Assembly: GCA_050230475.1 (NCBI GenBank)
Contig: JBFLGF010000065.1
Coordinates: 1 to 64,000, forward strand
Source: Ancylonema sp.
Lineage: Eukaryota
Length of the DNA: 64,000 nt
Direction: 5' to 3'
Below are positions 51,963 to 64,000 of this stretch, piece by piece. The notes below the pieces were generated by a model. The model saw nothing but the letters and a program-made list of their open reading frames with translations, was not told the origin of the DNA and ran no database searches. The first letter of the stretch is position 1; each line of letters starts with the position of its first letter. The translations under genes were made by a program, and so were the position numbers.

Positions 51963-54303
51963 ATGATTTCAACTGGCGCACTCTCGTCACCACTAGGCAT
52001 TCGAATTCCCCATTCCTTTTCCAGAGGCGCCCTGGTTCGTCCTTATCAAAACTTGGTTCTGAAATATCACAGTTCCTCAGCTCGTCAGAGCTCAGCGCTT
52101 CGTTTGCGCCCAGCCCATCCGACACTGTCTCGGTGTGTTTTGGAGAACCGAAATAACGGCTGCAGTACTGAGGCACGTGCGGGTTCGGAAGAGACCATCC
52201 GAGAAAATCATGACAATGTACGGCGCAGAGTCCTTTTGCTCACGCTCCCTGCTGCTGCCACCTTTGTTTTCCCACAACTCGTGCCAGATTCCAGCTCAGC
52301 TGCATCCGCAATAGATTTCCCCTTCTTGCGACCCATGCCATCACTTTCCGACAGGCTTACAAGTGAAATCGTGCGGAATCCTGGGACCGCATTCCTCGGC
52401 CCTCGCCAGCTGTACTACCCTGATTGGTTGTTCGGCACGTGGCAAGTGGACGCTACATTGGAGTCCTTCAGCACGCCCTTGGGAACCGAGTTTGTGTCTC
52501 CCAGGATGCTGAGGGAAGCCACAGATCCTAAAGTCGGCGTGGGGACACGTGTGTCATACCAGGAGAAATTTTACAGCACTCTGGCGGACACGTGGCAGAA
52601 CCAGGTGCGTCCGCATCACCGCAGTGATTCTGTGGCATGATCAAGTGTTGCCAACCCCACCCGATTTGAGACTGTGGGTCGGGACACCGGATAACCGTAG
52701 TCCAGTCATCGTAGGCGTTGCTGAGTCATCGCCGTACCCAACCAGGGTCGGGTTGTGACGCCAGTTGACACATGGCAGGCCTTTGTACTTTTGCAGAGAA
52801 TACGAATGTGCTCACAGCCTCCCATCTATAAGATTCTATGTGTGTATGCTGGATGGGATCTGTAGTTATATCACGGTTCATTTGCTACCATCAATAGCTT
52901 TGTATTCACATCTGGTTGTAGAATGTCTCCACTCTCAACCCCCAGACATGTGTGTTCATCTCATCCCGACCCTGGATCTTAGCCCGACCCCAACCGTAGC
53001 CCTGTCAGGGGCCTCCACCTGTCCTCTGTCATCCATCTTTGTTACACACGGCAGCGTGACACGACCCGGAAGCTGCGGATGACATCCGAATTCTCTCCCC
53101 TTTTGACAGCCACAGCCTGATTGCCACCTGGCAGGCCAGAGTGGCCCTGGGGTCCCTTCCCCAGAGCCGCATAGTGGCGGACAGGGCATTCAACGCCACG
53201 TCAGCGTACAACGCCCACCTGGGGTATGATGGCGTGGACCAATCAGAGTACGACTCCCGCAAAGACCCCACCCGGTTAACCGTTGTGTTCTCCACCAAAG
53301 GAGCCAAAGGGGAGGAAGTGAGCCCAAAGAGGCAAGAGCTGCTCATTCAGAACAGGTGGGGCGCTTCGTTTGGAAATGTGGAAATCGGTAGTCTTGGTGT
53401 GGCAGAATTGAGGTGACTCGCAACCCCAACATCACTTCTGCCAATCATTGAGTAAAACTCAGTTTCGAATGATGTGAAGAGTTCAGAAACTCTTCAGAAA
53501 ACGCAAACTGGTTGGATGCCTCGCCCTGCGTGGACAATTTTTGATGACCTACGAGGTATCATCACTTTTAATATACTTCTTCTGATGACCTACGAGGTAT
53601 CATCACTTTTAATATGCCTCCTCTGATGAACCATCCGTTTTTCCAGGTCGAGTGAGGTGACGACAGATGGCGACTTCCTGTGCTCCGAGTCCTTCCAATG
53701 CGTGAGTATCGGTGTGAGGAGCGAGGAGGTATCAGATTCGGAGGTGGTGTGCCGCTTCCACCAAGTCTCTCCGTACGAAGTTAGGGCTCACAAGCGGAAA
53801 GCGATTTATCCGCAACCGCAGGTGCTTTTTTTTTTTTTTTTTTTTTGGGTGACCGGAATTTTTTCAATTTGTTTCGGTTTTTAACCTGATTAGATGTTTC
53901 TGGAATATTGAGAGAGAAAAGAGCGAATGTAGGTGATAGGGTCTGTCACTGTTGTCCAATCTTGCTGATGTCATCGCTAAATGGTAAATTCACAATGTAT
54001 GCAGTAGATTTAGGGAGGTCGATATCAATAGCGGGTGCATATAAAACGTAAGGATTTCGCATTTATTTTGCATCTGGGACTGTGGTAAACATATCGAATA
54101 TTTGAACACAACGCCTGCCCACTCATCTAAGCCTTGCTGTGTTCCGATGCTCACAAAGATATCCGGTGAGGTTCAAAATTTAATTTATTTTTCGATTTTA
54201 ATCCTCAAGAGGCAGCAATGTGGGCACGTTCTGATGGGCTGACCATATTTCATATCTGTATATATGTATATATGTATATATATATTTACATATAAACATA
54301 TGC

Positions 54304-54387
<84 letters not shown>

Positions 54388-54873
54388 ATATATATATATA
54401 TATATATCTTCATATCTTCATATCTTCATATCTTCATATCTTCATATCTTCATATCTTCATATCTTCATATCTTCATATCTTCATATCTTCATATCTTCA
54501 TATCTTCATATCTTCATATCTTCATATCTTCATATCTTCATATCTTCATATCTTCATATCTTCATATCTTCATATCTTCATATCTTCATATCTTCATATC
54601 TTCATATCTTCATATCTTCATATCTTCATACCTTCATATCTTCATATCTTCAAATCTCCTCTACACGTGAGTCTGGTATCTGCTTCATTCGCTCATATCT
54701 GGCTGATTGGACACATATGCATGTCACCTCGTGTTCAGGAGCCCAATTTCTTTGATGCGTGGGGGAGAGCTGGTGTGTTGCTTGATTATGATCTTCGACT
54801 AACGAAAGCTATGGGTGCGGACAATTGCGTTCTCACCCCTAAGGGTGTGACACAATGTACGGGATTCACATGA
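51963..54873 (+). CDS. Chloroplast/thylakoid-lumen protein, DUF6816-like, 4 exons
   Basis: Exons 51963-52603, 53135-53354, 53647-53821 and 54739-54873. Transit peptide plus [13 protein letters not shown]...ASA Tat signal. Motifs [21 protein letters not shown] and DYDLRL recalled from a cyanobacterial/plastid family. Confidence 0.72.
54257..54652. repeat. (TA)n followed by (TATCTTCA)n microsatellites in intron
   Basis: TA array 54257-54406, then about 30 TATCTTCA units. Confidence 0.95.
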
Positions 54874-55742
54874 GATGTCTCATGAGTTAAAGGCTTTGTT
54901 ATTGCTTGGAAATTAAATTGGTAGTTGTTGATTTGTAGGCTTACGCGCTTTCAATCCCCTCGTTATGTTTATACAATTGGATCAATTGTAAGTTTTTTGC
55001 AATGGAGAAGGACCTTTTTTTTTGGAAATGTTGTTTCTGTTTTGCATGTGATTGCTCGCCCGCCTAGTCGCAAAATTGTGCCTAAAATTGTGCTAAAGTC
55101 AGTGTTGCATATTCAAAACTCTGGTCTGTGCTCTGGTGAACGCTCATCATAGGGTTGCACCGAGTAGTCCACATTCTTGACTGCCTTCCTGAACTTTTAT
55201 AGCCATGCAAAGGCTGAGATTTGGATGCCAAACACAAGGTGGTTGATTTACTCCAATTGTTTTTCCCAACTCCGTCTCTTGTTCAATGTTGTGTCAAAAA
55301 GTGATTGTGGTGATAAGGCAGCGCAAGCTAACAACAATAGCAAAGTTTATTTCAAAATATCATTGATGCCACCCCACAATTTCGGAACTATACTGACTAG
55401 TATAACAAAGGGGTTGAAAAGAGATTTGTTGACCTAGTCAACAAATCTAGGTCATATTGACTTATAATGCTGTACCCCAAAAATACCTTACAATGAAATC
55501 GAATGCAGGGTTGTGGTGCTACGACCCCAGCATTGGGATGATGCAATTAAAGATACTCATGGTTTTATAACAGCATCACTAACATGTGTTTGCCATTTTA
55601 GTCCGACTTTAGTGCACCAATTTCACTTTGTGTTTTAATGCAATGCAAGCAAATGCTTCGATACGAGTGGATGTAATGCAATACTCCAATACTAAGCTCC
55701 TTCTACTAAGTTGGTTGAAAGAGTTAGACAAAAGCATATGAA

Positions 55743-57341
55743 TCACTGGTTTACTAGCAACGCAATCCCAAAAGCAGCACCTGAGGCAAGTGCCCCGATC
55801 ACGGTAGTGGTCAACGCACTTTTCCAAACATTTGCCCCCGTGAACACCCCCTTCACGTAACCAAAGATGAAGAGCGCGACGAGGGTGACACCTATGGAAA
55901 CGTAGAGAGCGTCTATCACGGTTGGTAGAATGAAGTACGGGGTGAGAGGGACCATGCCACCCACTGCGTAAGACCCACATATGGTTACTGCACTTATTAT
56001 AGCTCGTTTTGGGTCCGGTTTCTCCAATCCCAACTCGTGCCTGCAAACCACCCGCAGCATGCAGTGAGAAGATAAACAAGATTGGTAGCTATGGCTGGGA
56101 CTTCAGATTTCTTTGTGTAGATTGTAAACATGTCGGTTTGAGCAAATATGACGCAAGCTTTAGGGGGGCTGTCACATTTCTTGTGATGTTTAGTCAGATG
56201 CAATTACAGCCATTGCTTCCACTTCCCAATAGTTTGTGCGGAATCCAAGCGGCCCAAATTCTCGGAGTCTAATTATTGTGCACACAAACGAGTGTCGACA
56301 CCAAACAAGCATCGCAACAGCAGAAGGGAGAACCACATTTTGTCGCTTCAAGTCAAGCCGAATTCAGAGAGACATTCCGTGAATGATCTGGGGATACGTT
56401 GAACTTGTTGTGACGAGGAGCGAGTATGGCAAGCAGTCGTCACGTACTTCATCATGAAGTCGACCCATGCCTTCGGTCGTCTTCTCAGCGCATTGATGAC
56501 GGGATTATACTCCTCCGGGGTCAACCCGTAGTCTGCCATAATGACTGCCACCTCCGCACTTTCTGCTCAACGACCAAAAACAGAGGCTGGGACGCAGTTG
56601 GAGGCTGGGGCAGTTGGGATGCACATGTCGGACCGACACGAGGCGAACTTCTATGTGAACGAAACGAAGCGAAACGTTCCATGGACGGAATTCAATGCTG
56701 TCATGGATGCTTAGCCCCGCTTGCCTACTATGAGAAAAACAACTCTTCAAAGTGCCAAAGCTGCCATTGCTGTCGGGTCGGATCCATACCTTCGTCAGGC
56801 ACATCCCTCACTTCCTCTTCTTCTCGTCTCTTCTCGGTGTCGTAGGTCTCCATCTCACTCCTCGCAGATAGGTACCTGCACACGGTTCCATGCCAGTGTG
56901 CCGTATTTACGGCTAAAACTCCTCATGACTAATATTCTAAGACCGATCACAGTGGGATGATGAAGCAATCCTGGGCGCCTGGATGTGGAGGCATTTAATA
57001 ATAGGCTTTTAGCATACTTGTTTTGCTTATGAGACCTGAAACGGCAGGTACGGTACGGTACAGTGGTAGGGTATTCATATTTCCAATTTTTATTAATCAT
57101 CAAACACTCACCCTCCAAGTCCCATCGAGATGGCTCCAGCTGCCACTTCTGCCAGACCGGCGACCACTACAATTTTGGAAGACACGGCCGCCCCAGATAG
57201 ACCCGCTGCTAGTGCAAATGGCACTGTGAGGCCATCGGACATTCCGAGAACGACATCCCGTATGAGAGTGCCCGTGTTATTGTGTTTCTCCGAACTCGGT
57301 TTCTCATTCAATTCCTTGGTCAGTGAAGTGTTTTCTGCCAT
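55743..57341 (-). CDS. VIT1: Vacuolar iron transporter VIT1/CCC1 family, 4 exons
   Basis: RDVVLGMSDGLTVPFALAAGLSGA...GLAEVAAGAISMGLGG|YLSARSE...EEEEVRDVPDEE...WVDFMMK|HELGLEKPDPKRA...GGMVPLTPY...FGYVKGVFTG. GT-AG junctions, intact frame. Confidence 0.93.
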
Positions 57342-57589
57342 TGGCTAGGAAGTACGTAAACGGAGGATTTAAAGTGTGGTTTTCCCTTACATCGCCAACT
57401 ACTGCCAGTATACTCTTCTGCAGATGCTACTCCAAAATCCGTTGTCTCAACCCTGCGTTTGATCTTGCACCGAACACGCTGTGGAGGAAGTACCCAGCCC
57501 CAGAAAGCGATCAGTCTCGCGTGTCGCTCAGCTGCCCTAAGCTTGAGAAAGCACTCGTGCCGATACACAATACGCAAAAAGCGGGGCCC

Positions 57590-57950
57590 ACGGTACGCGT
57601 GGCGGAGGTCGCGGATTCTTCGCATATCGATGTGGCAGTCACCGCACGCAAGTGTGACTTTTGCGTGCATGACATTGCGTTTGATAGCGGACCCGACGCG
57701 TGTCGACCTTGTCGCACGAGCAGCAGTTAGTTCCCCAGCATGCCCCCTCAGAGGCTGCGCGACAGAAAGAGCGGCAATACAGTGGGCGAACGCGACACCT
57801 TCATTCCTATCGCCATCGAGACGTACGTTGTGCTGTTGTCTCAAACATATGAATTCCTGCGCGACTGCGCTCGGCGAGCATTTTCCGAGCACGGCGGATC
57901 ATCCCCCTCTACTAGCGTCCTCGTCCGGCAGCGTATTGCGATTGTGATAA
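57590..57950 (+). mobile_element. Degenerate CRE-like non-LTR retrotransposon fragment (REL endonuclease end)
   Basis: Frameshifted HIDVAVT...IADPTRVDLVARAA...FIPIAIETY...LRDCARRAF...RQRIAI, collinear with the minus-strand element next to it. Confidence 0.65.
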
Positions 57951-58169
57951 ACCATACTTTTGTGCGCTGGTTGTTTGGTTGGTACAGAGTTTTATGGTAC
58001 GGTTCTAAACGCGCGTGAGTATAATTATTTGGTTTGTTGGCATTAGTTCATCGGACAGTTTTTCGTTGTAACAGGATGGGAATCCCGTCGTTCGGTTATA
58101 ACAAACATGTATGTCTCTTCTTTGATATAGTTGAAAAATAACACCATCTAATTACAAGAACGTGCATGA

Positions 58170-59250
58170 TTTTTATTTTATTTTTAATTTGTTTATTATT
58201 GTTGAAAAATGAAATCATAAACATGTCAGCCGATCGTACTAGACAAAACTAGCTACAATATGCAACTCCGAGGAAGAAAGTGGAACGTGCGGTGATGGGG
58301 GAGGTAACAAGGCCATGGATTGCTTTAGACGTAGGGTTCTAGCATGTATCGCATGTGATAGCGACCGTTGCAATGCAATCGACACTCTCTGACGGAACCA
58401 TGTGCATAACAAGCTAATGGAGGTCCCTGATGCTGCACACTCCCTAGATACTAACGTGGCACACTCGACCAAAAATCGATCCGACCTATCAGACAATGCA
58501 CTGTACATCTCAAGAGCAAAGGGCGTAAATTTCGTCCTAGGTGCGCGATCCCGATAGTGCGTTTCATTCCTTCGCTCCGCAATTGTGGCAGCAACGAGAT
58601 CATGTCTAGCGGCGCGCTCCACCAAATCAGGACGAGTAGGGTCTCCAACATCAATGTCGACCAAAGTGTGCCCCACCGCAGCATCCGAAATCACAATATC
58701 GACACGCCCTCCGCGCCCCCCGGGAGCCAATAAAGGAAGGAAGCCAGTGCGCTCCTGATGCGCGTGGTGGTGCGACTCACGAATGATGTGGTAAACTGCA
58801 TCGCGCACCGAATCATGCAATGAAGTGCGGTCTCTTTCGCGAGCGCAGCGCAGAAGGTGGGTCCCTAGACTATCCAACGGGTGGCCACATGAACACGCCG
58901 CATACGTCACCAGACAGTGATGTGGAAGGCCAAGCCGAAGACGGAGAGTTGTAACGAAGAGAGGGGCGGGAAATCGAAGAGAAGGAAGGATAGGTGTTGC
59001 TTGTAACCAATGCCCAGCCCCCGCGCCACTCGTAGACCGAATCCGGGCCTGTGACACTGAAGAGCCCGCTCCCGCGAGGACCTCATCGAATCTGGCGGCA
59101 TAGGTGGCGACATGAAGGGCAGCCTGGAGCTGTGGGGGGGGGAGTGGAGACCAAGACATCGAAAGGAGGCAGCACCTCGCGAGCCTTGGGGTCCAGCTCA
59201 TCGCGCAAAGAGCCCGCTCCGTAGGCCCCTAACTCAACATCGCGTAGAAT
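58170..59250 (-). mobile_element. 5'-truncated CRE-clade (REL-type) non-LTR retrotransposon
   Basis: ORF 58239-59201: GAGHWL..P...LRLRLG, CSCGHPLDSLGTHLLRC (CCHC), HDSVRD, RVDI...VDIDVGDP (PD-D/ExK-like), FTPFALEMY, RVSIALQR. A-rich 3' tail at ~58170-58200. No RT domain present. Confidence 0.85.
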
Positions 59251-59429
59251 GGGACCAAGAGACTCGCCATGCTGCTGAAAAGCTGACTGACATGATCTTT
59301 GATCGTTTCATTCTATAACGATAATATTCGCACGAGTCATGCAAAATTTGCATTGCAGATCACACGTGTCTATTCGTTATATGGTCACCATCGTATAGAA
59401 GGCCATTACAGCCGCTAAAGCAGTTCTAG

Positions 59430-62400
59430 GGTCCAATCCCTGGTTTCGAAAACAGCGGACAGCGAGCAACGAGCAGCAATCTGCTTCGAGGAGCGAATCA
59501 CCAATTCAAAGAACTCAACAAAAATCGGTCTCACTCTGCCCGGAGAGAATTTCCCAATTTGAGTTCTCGAAGATTCTGCCCTCTGGAATCAAATATCGAA
59601 AGCTCCATCTTCGCAGAATTGGCCCTTGATTCCCTCAAAGAATTTGGTGGTAAACGCCTGCGGTATTTGCAGCAGCGATCGCAATAATTATTAGACAACT
59701 ACGGAGTTGTCAGTAGAGCGAGGACTGTTGAAGTGAATTTGACTTGGTCGCAGGTTCCGACAAAAGACTTGCACAGGAACCTTGTGGCCTTTTTATTCCA
59801 TCCGTAAGCTCCTGGTCTGTGCTACATGCCGCAGTGATACATCTACTAGAAACGTGCGCGATAGAGAGTTCGAATGGCGGAAGACAATTCCAAGTCACAA
59901 GCATTCCCTCGGAACCTCTCGGATCACGCTCTGCACGCCACAAAGATCGAACAAATATGTTCCATCCTATTAGGCAAGTGCACAAAGTACATTACTTACG
60001 ATTTTCGGAATCTTGAGATTTCCGAATCAACACTAGTTTCCTTTTCCAGCTGGAGTTGTGAATGATCTGGAATTGCCCTTTGGACTGGGATGTGTGCACA
60101 AAGTATCGACCTGCCAGAATGACTCGCATGTTTCGGTCATAACAAACAATGCATATATGATTGGCCATCAGTCATCTATCATGTCTGTTTCAGAGAGCTT
60201 TGGTCAACAAGTCGTTGTCACATGCTACTAATATTGAAGGTAAAACACTCAATAATTATAACTCATCAACATTAAAAGGACTGAATATCTTATCTAAGAA
60301 CGGAGGAGTTCATTCTCTCCATGCTCTGATACGATGGTACTCCACTCCTCATCCCCCCAAACCCCTCTCTTTTAATATCCTGCAGGCGCCCTCATAGAAG
60401 AACCCTCTTCGAAACACGACCGGCGGCTCTCTTATCCTGCTCCCAACTTCAGTGATCTACGATTTAGTCTCTCCTCATCTCCTCCACCCCAACCACCTTT
60501 CCCTCAGCCCCAGCCGCCCAGCCCCCCAGCCCTCAACACTCCCAGCCCGAACCCCACACCCAGTGTCCCCGTCACTAGCCTTACTAGTGACCGCAGGCTG
60601 TCTCCGACCACGGAACCTATGTTCGTGGGCCGTGTGTTCACCTCCTATCTGCCACATAAGCAGGCAAAGACGGGAAAGGATGTGGAATCTTCCAGAATTG
60701 AGAAGCAGGATCCGTTGGGTGTTATTCGAAGATGGCTCCTATCCCCCCTACTCCATCCCTTTGTGAACCTGTAGGTTTCCCCTTACCCCTCTTACTCATA
60801 CCAGACTATCAGCCTGGATCGAGCAAGATGGCACATCAATCATCTGTCCCACGTAATGTATGTATGCATGTGTATATGTGCATGTGTATGTATACACATA
60901 TATACACATATGTGTGTATGTATAATGTCTGTATGTATGTAAAGATGTATGTATATGTATGTGTGCATGTGTGTATTTATGTTTGTGTATGTGTATATGT
61001 GTGTATACGTATGTGTATGTATGTATTTATGTATGTATTTTTGTACGTGTTTTTGTACGTATATGTATGGTTGTATGTATGTATGCATGGATGTATGCAT
61101 GTATGTATGTATATATGTATGTAAGTATGTTTGCAAGTATGACATCCTTCAATTTGTATCAGAAAAGTCCCTCGAAATACTACAACAAAAGAAGGCGACA
61201 AGCAATATTTTAAACAGCATTCCCGTTATTATCTAGGTTTTGATTGTATTTAGGTGAAGCGGATTAATTGCGATACCGTGGATTCGCAATTGTGTTGCTG
61301 TTGTGTGTAGGGGACTGCTTAGGTGGCCCTGCAAGCAGAAATCAGACAAGGTGCAAGCAGTTCAGTTCCGCTCACATCTATTTAATCCTTGTAAGTGATC
61401 CCCAAAGAAACATTATTACCTCTACCATCATCATCATCATCTTCATCACCATCAACACCATCATTATCTGATCATCATCATTACCACCATCATCATCATC
61501 ACTATGATCATCATCAAACATCATCATCATCAAATATCATCAACATCATCAAACATCATCAACATCATCATCGCCATCATCGCCATCATTGCCATCATCG
61601 CCATCATTGCCATCATCAGCAGCAGGAGAAGGAGAGAGAGAGGAAGGTGGCAGAGGGTCTCAACATATTATCAAATATATCTGACATATCTGAAGATTCT
61701 CATTTTGGTAATAGAGGTGTATGTACATATCAACATACACATACATTTTCATAGATGTACAAATCGAATACATGGAAGATGTAGATATCCATATGAGTTT
61801 ACACATACATATCATGCATGGGCGTGGATGAAGCAACATGTACACATACACACATACACACATACACACATACACACATACACACATACACACATACACA
61901 CATACACACATACACACATACACACATACACACATACACACATACACACATACACACATACACACATACACACATACACACATATATGCACACATAGGTT
62001 TATATACATACATACACAAACAAGCACACACTCTCCCTATTGTCATGTACAAACACCTCTTTCTACTCACATTGATACCTTTACCTACACATAAACTCAA
62101 ATACATTCATCAAAGGCGCACAAATTTTCATTATCGCAGAAAACTATATCCTGTTTCTTTACACAGGTTTTTTTGGGTTCTAAATTGAGTCCCCCTCTGC
62201 TTCTCCCGCAGCTTCCTACGTGAGGTGGCTCCAGAGAGTGGAGAAGAGCATTGAGTGGACCAAGTTCATGGGGAGTAGCAGCCTAGAGGAGGCTTATAAG
62301 CTCGTCAAGGCAAGGATTTGGGGGGTCTGATCACCCTATGTCGACAGAGTACGTTCAATGAGAGTAAATGTTGTAGTGATTTGTCTGTAGTGGCGGCGAG

Positions 62401-63523
62401 GGAGAGAAGGCAGGGAGGGAAGGTGAAATGATACATGTGCTTATATTGTTGTATATATATATGTATATATGTATTTATGTATATATGTATATATGTATAT
62501 ATGTATGTATGTATATATGTATGTATGTATATATATGTATGTATGTATATATGTATATATGTATATATGTATATATGTATATATGTACATGACTACATAT
62601 GACTACACTTATACAAATATACACCTGTATGTTAACATGAGAATGTGAATGTCCATTCAATTTCATGTATGAACATGTAGATATGCTGAAGCACCCGTAC
62701 TTGATATACATACATGTAAATCTAGAGATCACACGTGGTATGCACAAATACCGCATCCATATCCACAAGACAGGGCCTGTAAGTATTGCTACAAAGGGGG
62801 GGGATGAAAACCCTAAAAAAACTATTCTTGAAAGAAGAATGCGGCCCTAAATTTCCAACCAACAGTACTGAAGTGATGTCAGCCACCCATCCCCCAAATC
62901 CTGCAGACGTTCCCAGATAAATTCCAATTCCTCCCCACCCACGCCCAGCTCCACCAGGCCCGTCGTATTCTGCGCAAACAAAAGGGGTCCAAAACGGCCG
63001 CATCCTTCCATGACCTCCCCCGTCTTCAGTGCTTCGAACCTCACAGTCGCCATGGCAACGCCAGGTGGCATCCGCTGGTAGGTCCGCCTCCTCTTCACTC
63101 ACTTCGCCGCACACGCCATGCATACTCGATATAGTCACATCGATCTCTGCGGGTGCTTTTCTGCGGGACCATCTGTCATCCCTTTGGGCCAGAAATGTGA
63201 CTATACAGAATAGAACTCATGGTTGGGAATGATAGCAGGTGGTGAACACATGATAAATGTGTTCTTTCACATTGAGACTGTAACCAGCCTCCACTGCCAT
63301 ATCAGACCCACATGGGGTGTCACACACGCTATAGTCACAACGTGCCTGCAGGTTCACACCCTACTTCTTCGACAAGCGCCAGCTGGACACCCTGGTGGGC
63401 CACAGTGTGGAGCAGTTCTATCTCGCACTCCTGCACAACCGCACACTGAGCCGGCACAGGGGGGGGGGGGGGCTGGGGAGGGAGGGGGAGGAAGAAGGAG
63501 GGAGCTTCATGGACCCCCCCGAG
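59430..63523 (+). CDS. Tic22-like protein (Tic22-V type), 3' partial, 5' start unresolved, one apparent frameshift
   Basis: Exons ~59430-59649, 59753-59804, 60386-60770, 61311-61390, 62212-62309, 62907-63077 and 63352-63523. Peptides [16 protein letters not shown], (D)[43 protein letters not shown] and MDPPE match the recalled Tic22-V motif VPVF..NL.IA.AT..GIKWYTPYFFDK. Confidence 0.78.
61840..61985. repeat. (CATACACA)n microsatellite in intron
   Basis: About 17 perfect 8-mers. Adjacent introns also carry (CAT)n and TATG-rich arrays. Confidence 0.9.
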
Positions 63524-64000
63524 GTAGAATTCGGAACCTGATTCTCTACCTCTGGGTCAGGAGTTGTTGATGTAACGGGTTGTGGATGTGCACACGTACA
63601 TGTACTTATGTGTATACATACACATATACACGCACATGTATGTATACGTACATGAATGCATATGAAAGAATAAATTCACACGTAAACAAACATTTGCGTG
63701 TTTCATATACATATACATATACATATACATATGCATGTACATATGTATATATATATATGTTTGTGTTTATGTACATATACATATACATATATTTGTGTAC
63801 ATATGCATATACATATATATGTTTATGTAATTATACATACACACATAGTTGCATGATACATCACCTAGACCCTCCAATACATTGTACCTGATACGGCGAT
63901 AGAACTCGATGCGTCATGCTTTCTCAAGTTTGCCCATTACGCGTATCGGTGTTCGATACGATACGATACAGCCCGTGTCCCATTCCCAGGGGGGAAAACA

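Noticed and set aside
53543..53628. Small tandem duplications (41 bp here, ~20 bp at 18040 and 34872)
   Set aside because: Ordinary two-copy intronic slippage events with no further structure.
63459..63472. Suspected second frameshift in the G14 run of the Tic22-like exon
   Set aside because: Recounting shows the frame is preserved through to MDPPE|gtag.

Overview
Eukaryotic nuclear DNA with GT-AG spliceosomal introns and microsatellite-rich introns. The gene content (PAF1, OTU3-type deubiquitinase, plant GH3, VIT1, Tic22-like, Tat-targeted lumen proteins) points to a streptophyte alga or early-diverging land plant; this is an inference. About ten spliced protein genes were rebuilt by hand: OTU3-like (5' partial), an orphan ORF, a repeat protein with a 999-bp in-frame duplication, PAF1, a GH3 beta-glucosidase, two predicted thylakoid-lumen proteins, a zf-HIT/CCHC zinc-finger protein, VIT1 and Tic22-like (3' partial). 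The window also holds an intron-containing tRNA-Ser(GCT), a PIF/Harbinger (Tourist) MITE and two convergent CRE-like REL retrotransposon fragments. Region 33.5-51 kb is largely redundant copies around single-n gaps, probably haplotype or scaffolding duplication. The oddest signals are in-frame stop codons at conserved sense positions in two otherwise intact genes: two TAA in GH3 and one TAG in exon 1 of the zinc-finger gene. Assembly error or recent pseudogenisation are the default explanations and recoding is the testable alternative. All homology calls come from recalled family motifs, not database searches. No novel system is demonstrated.
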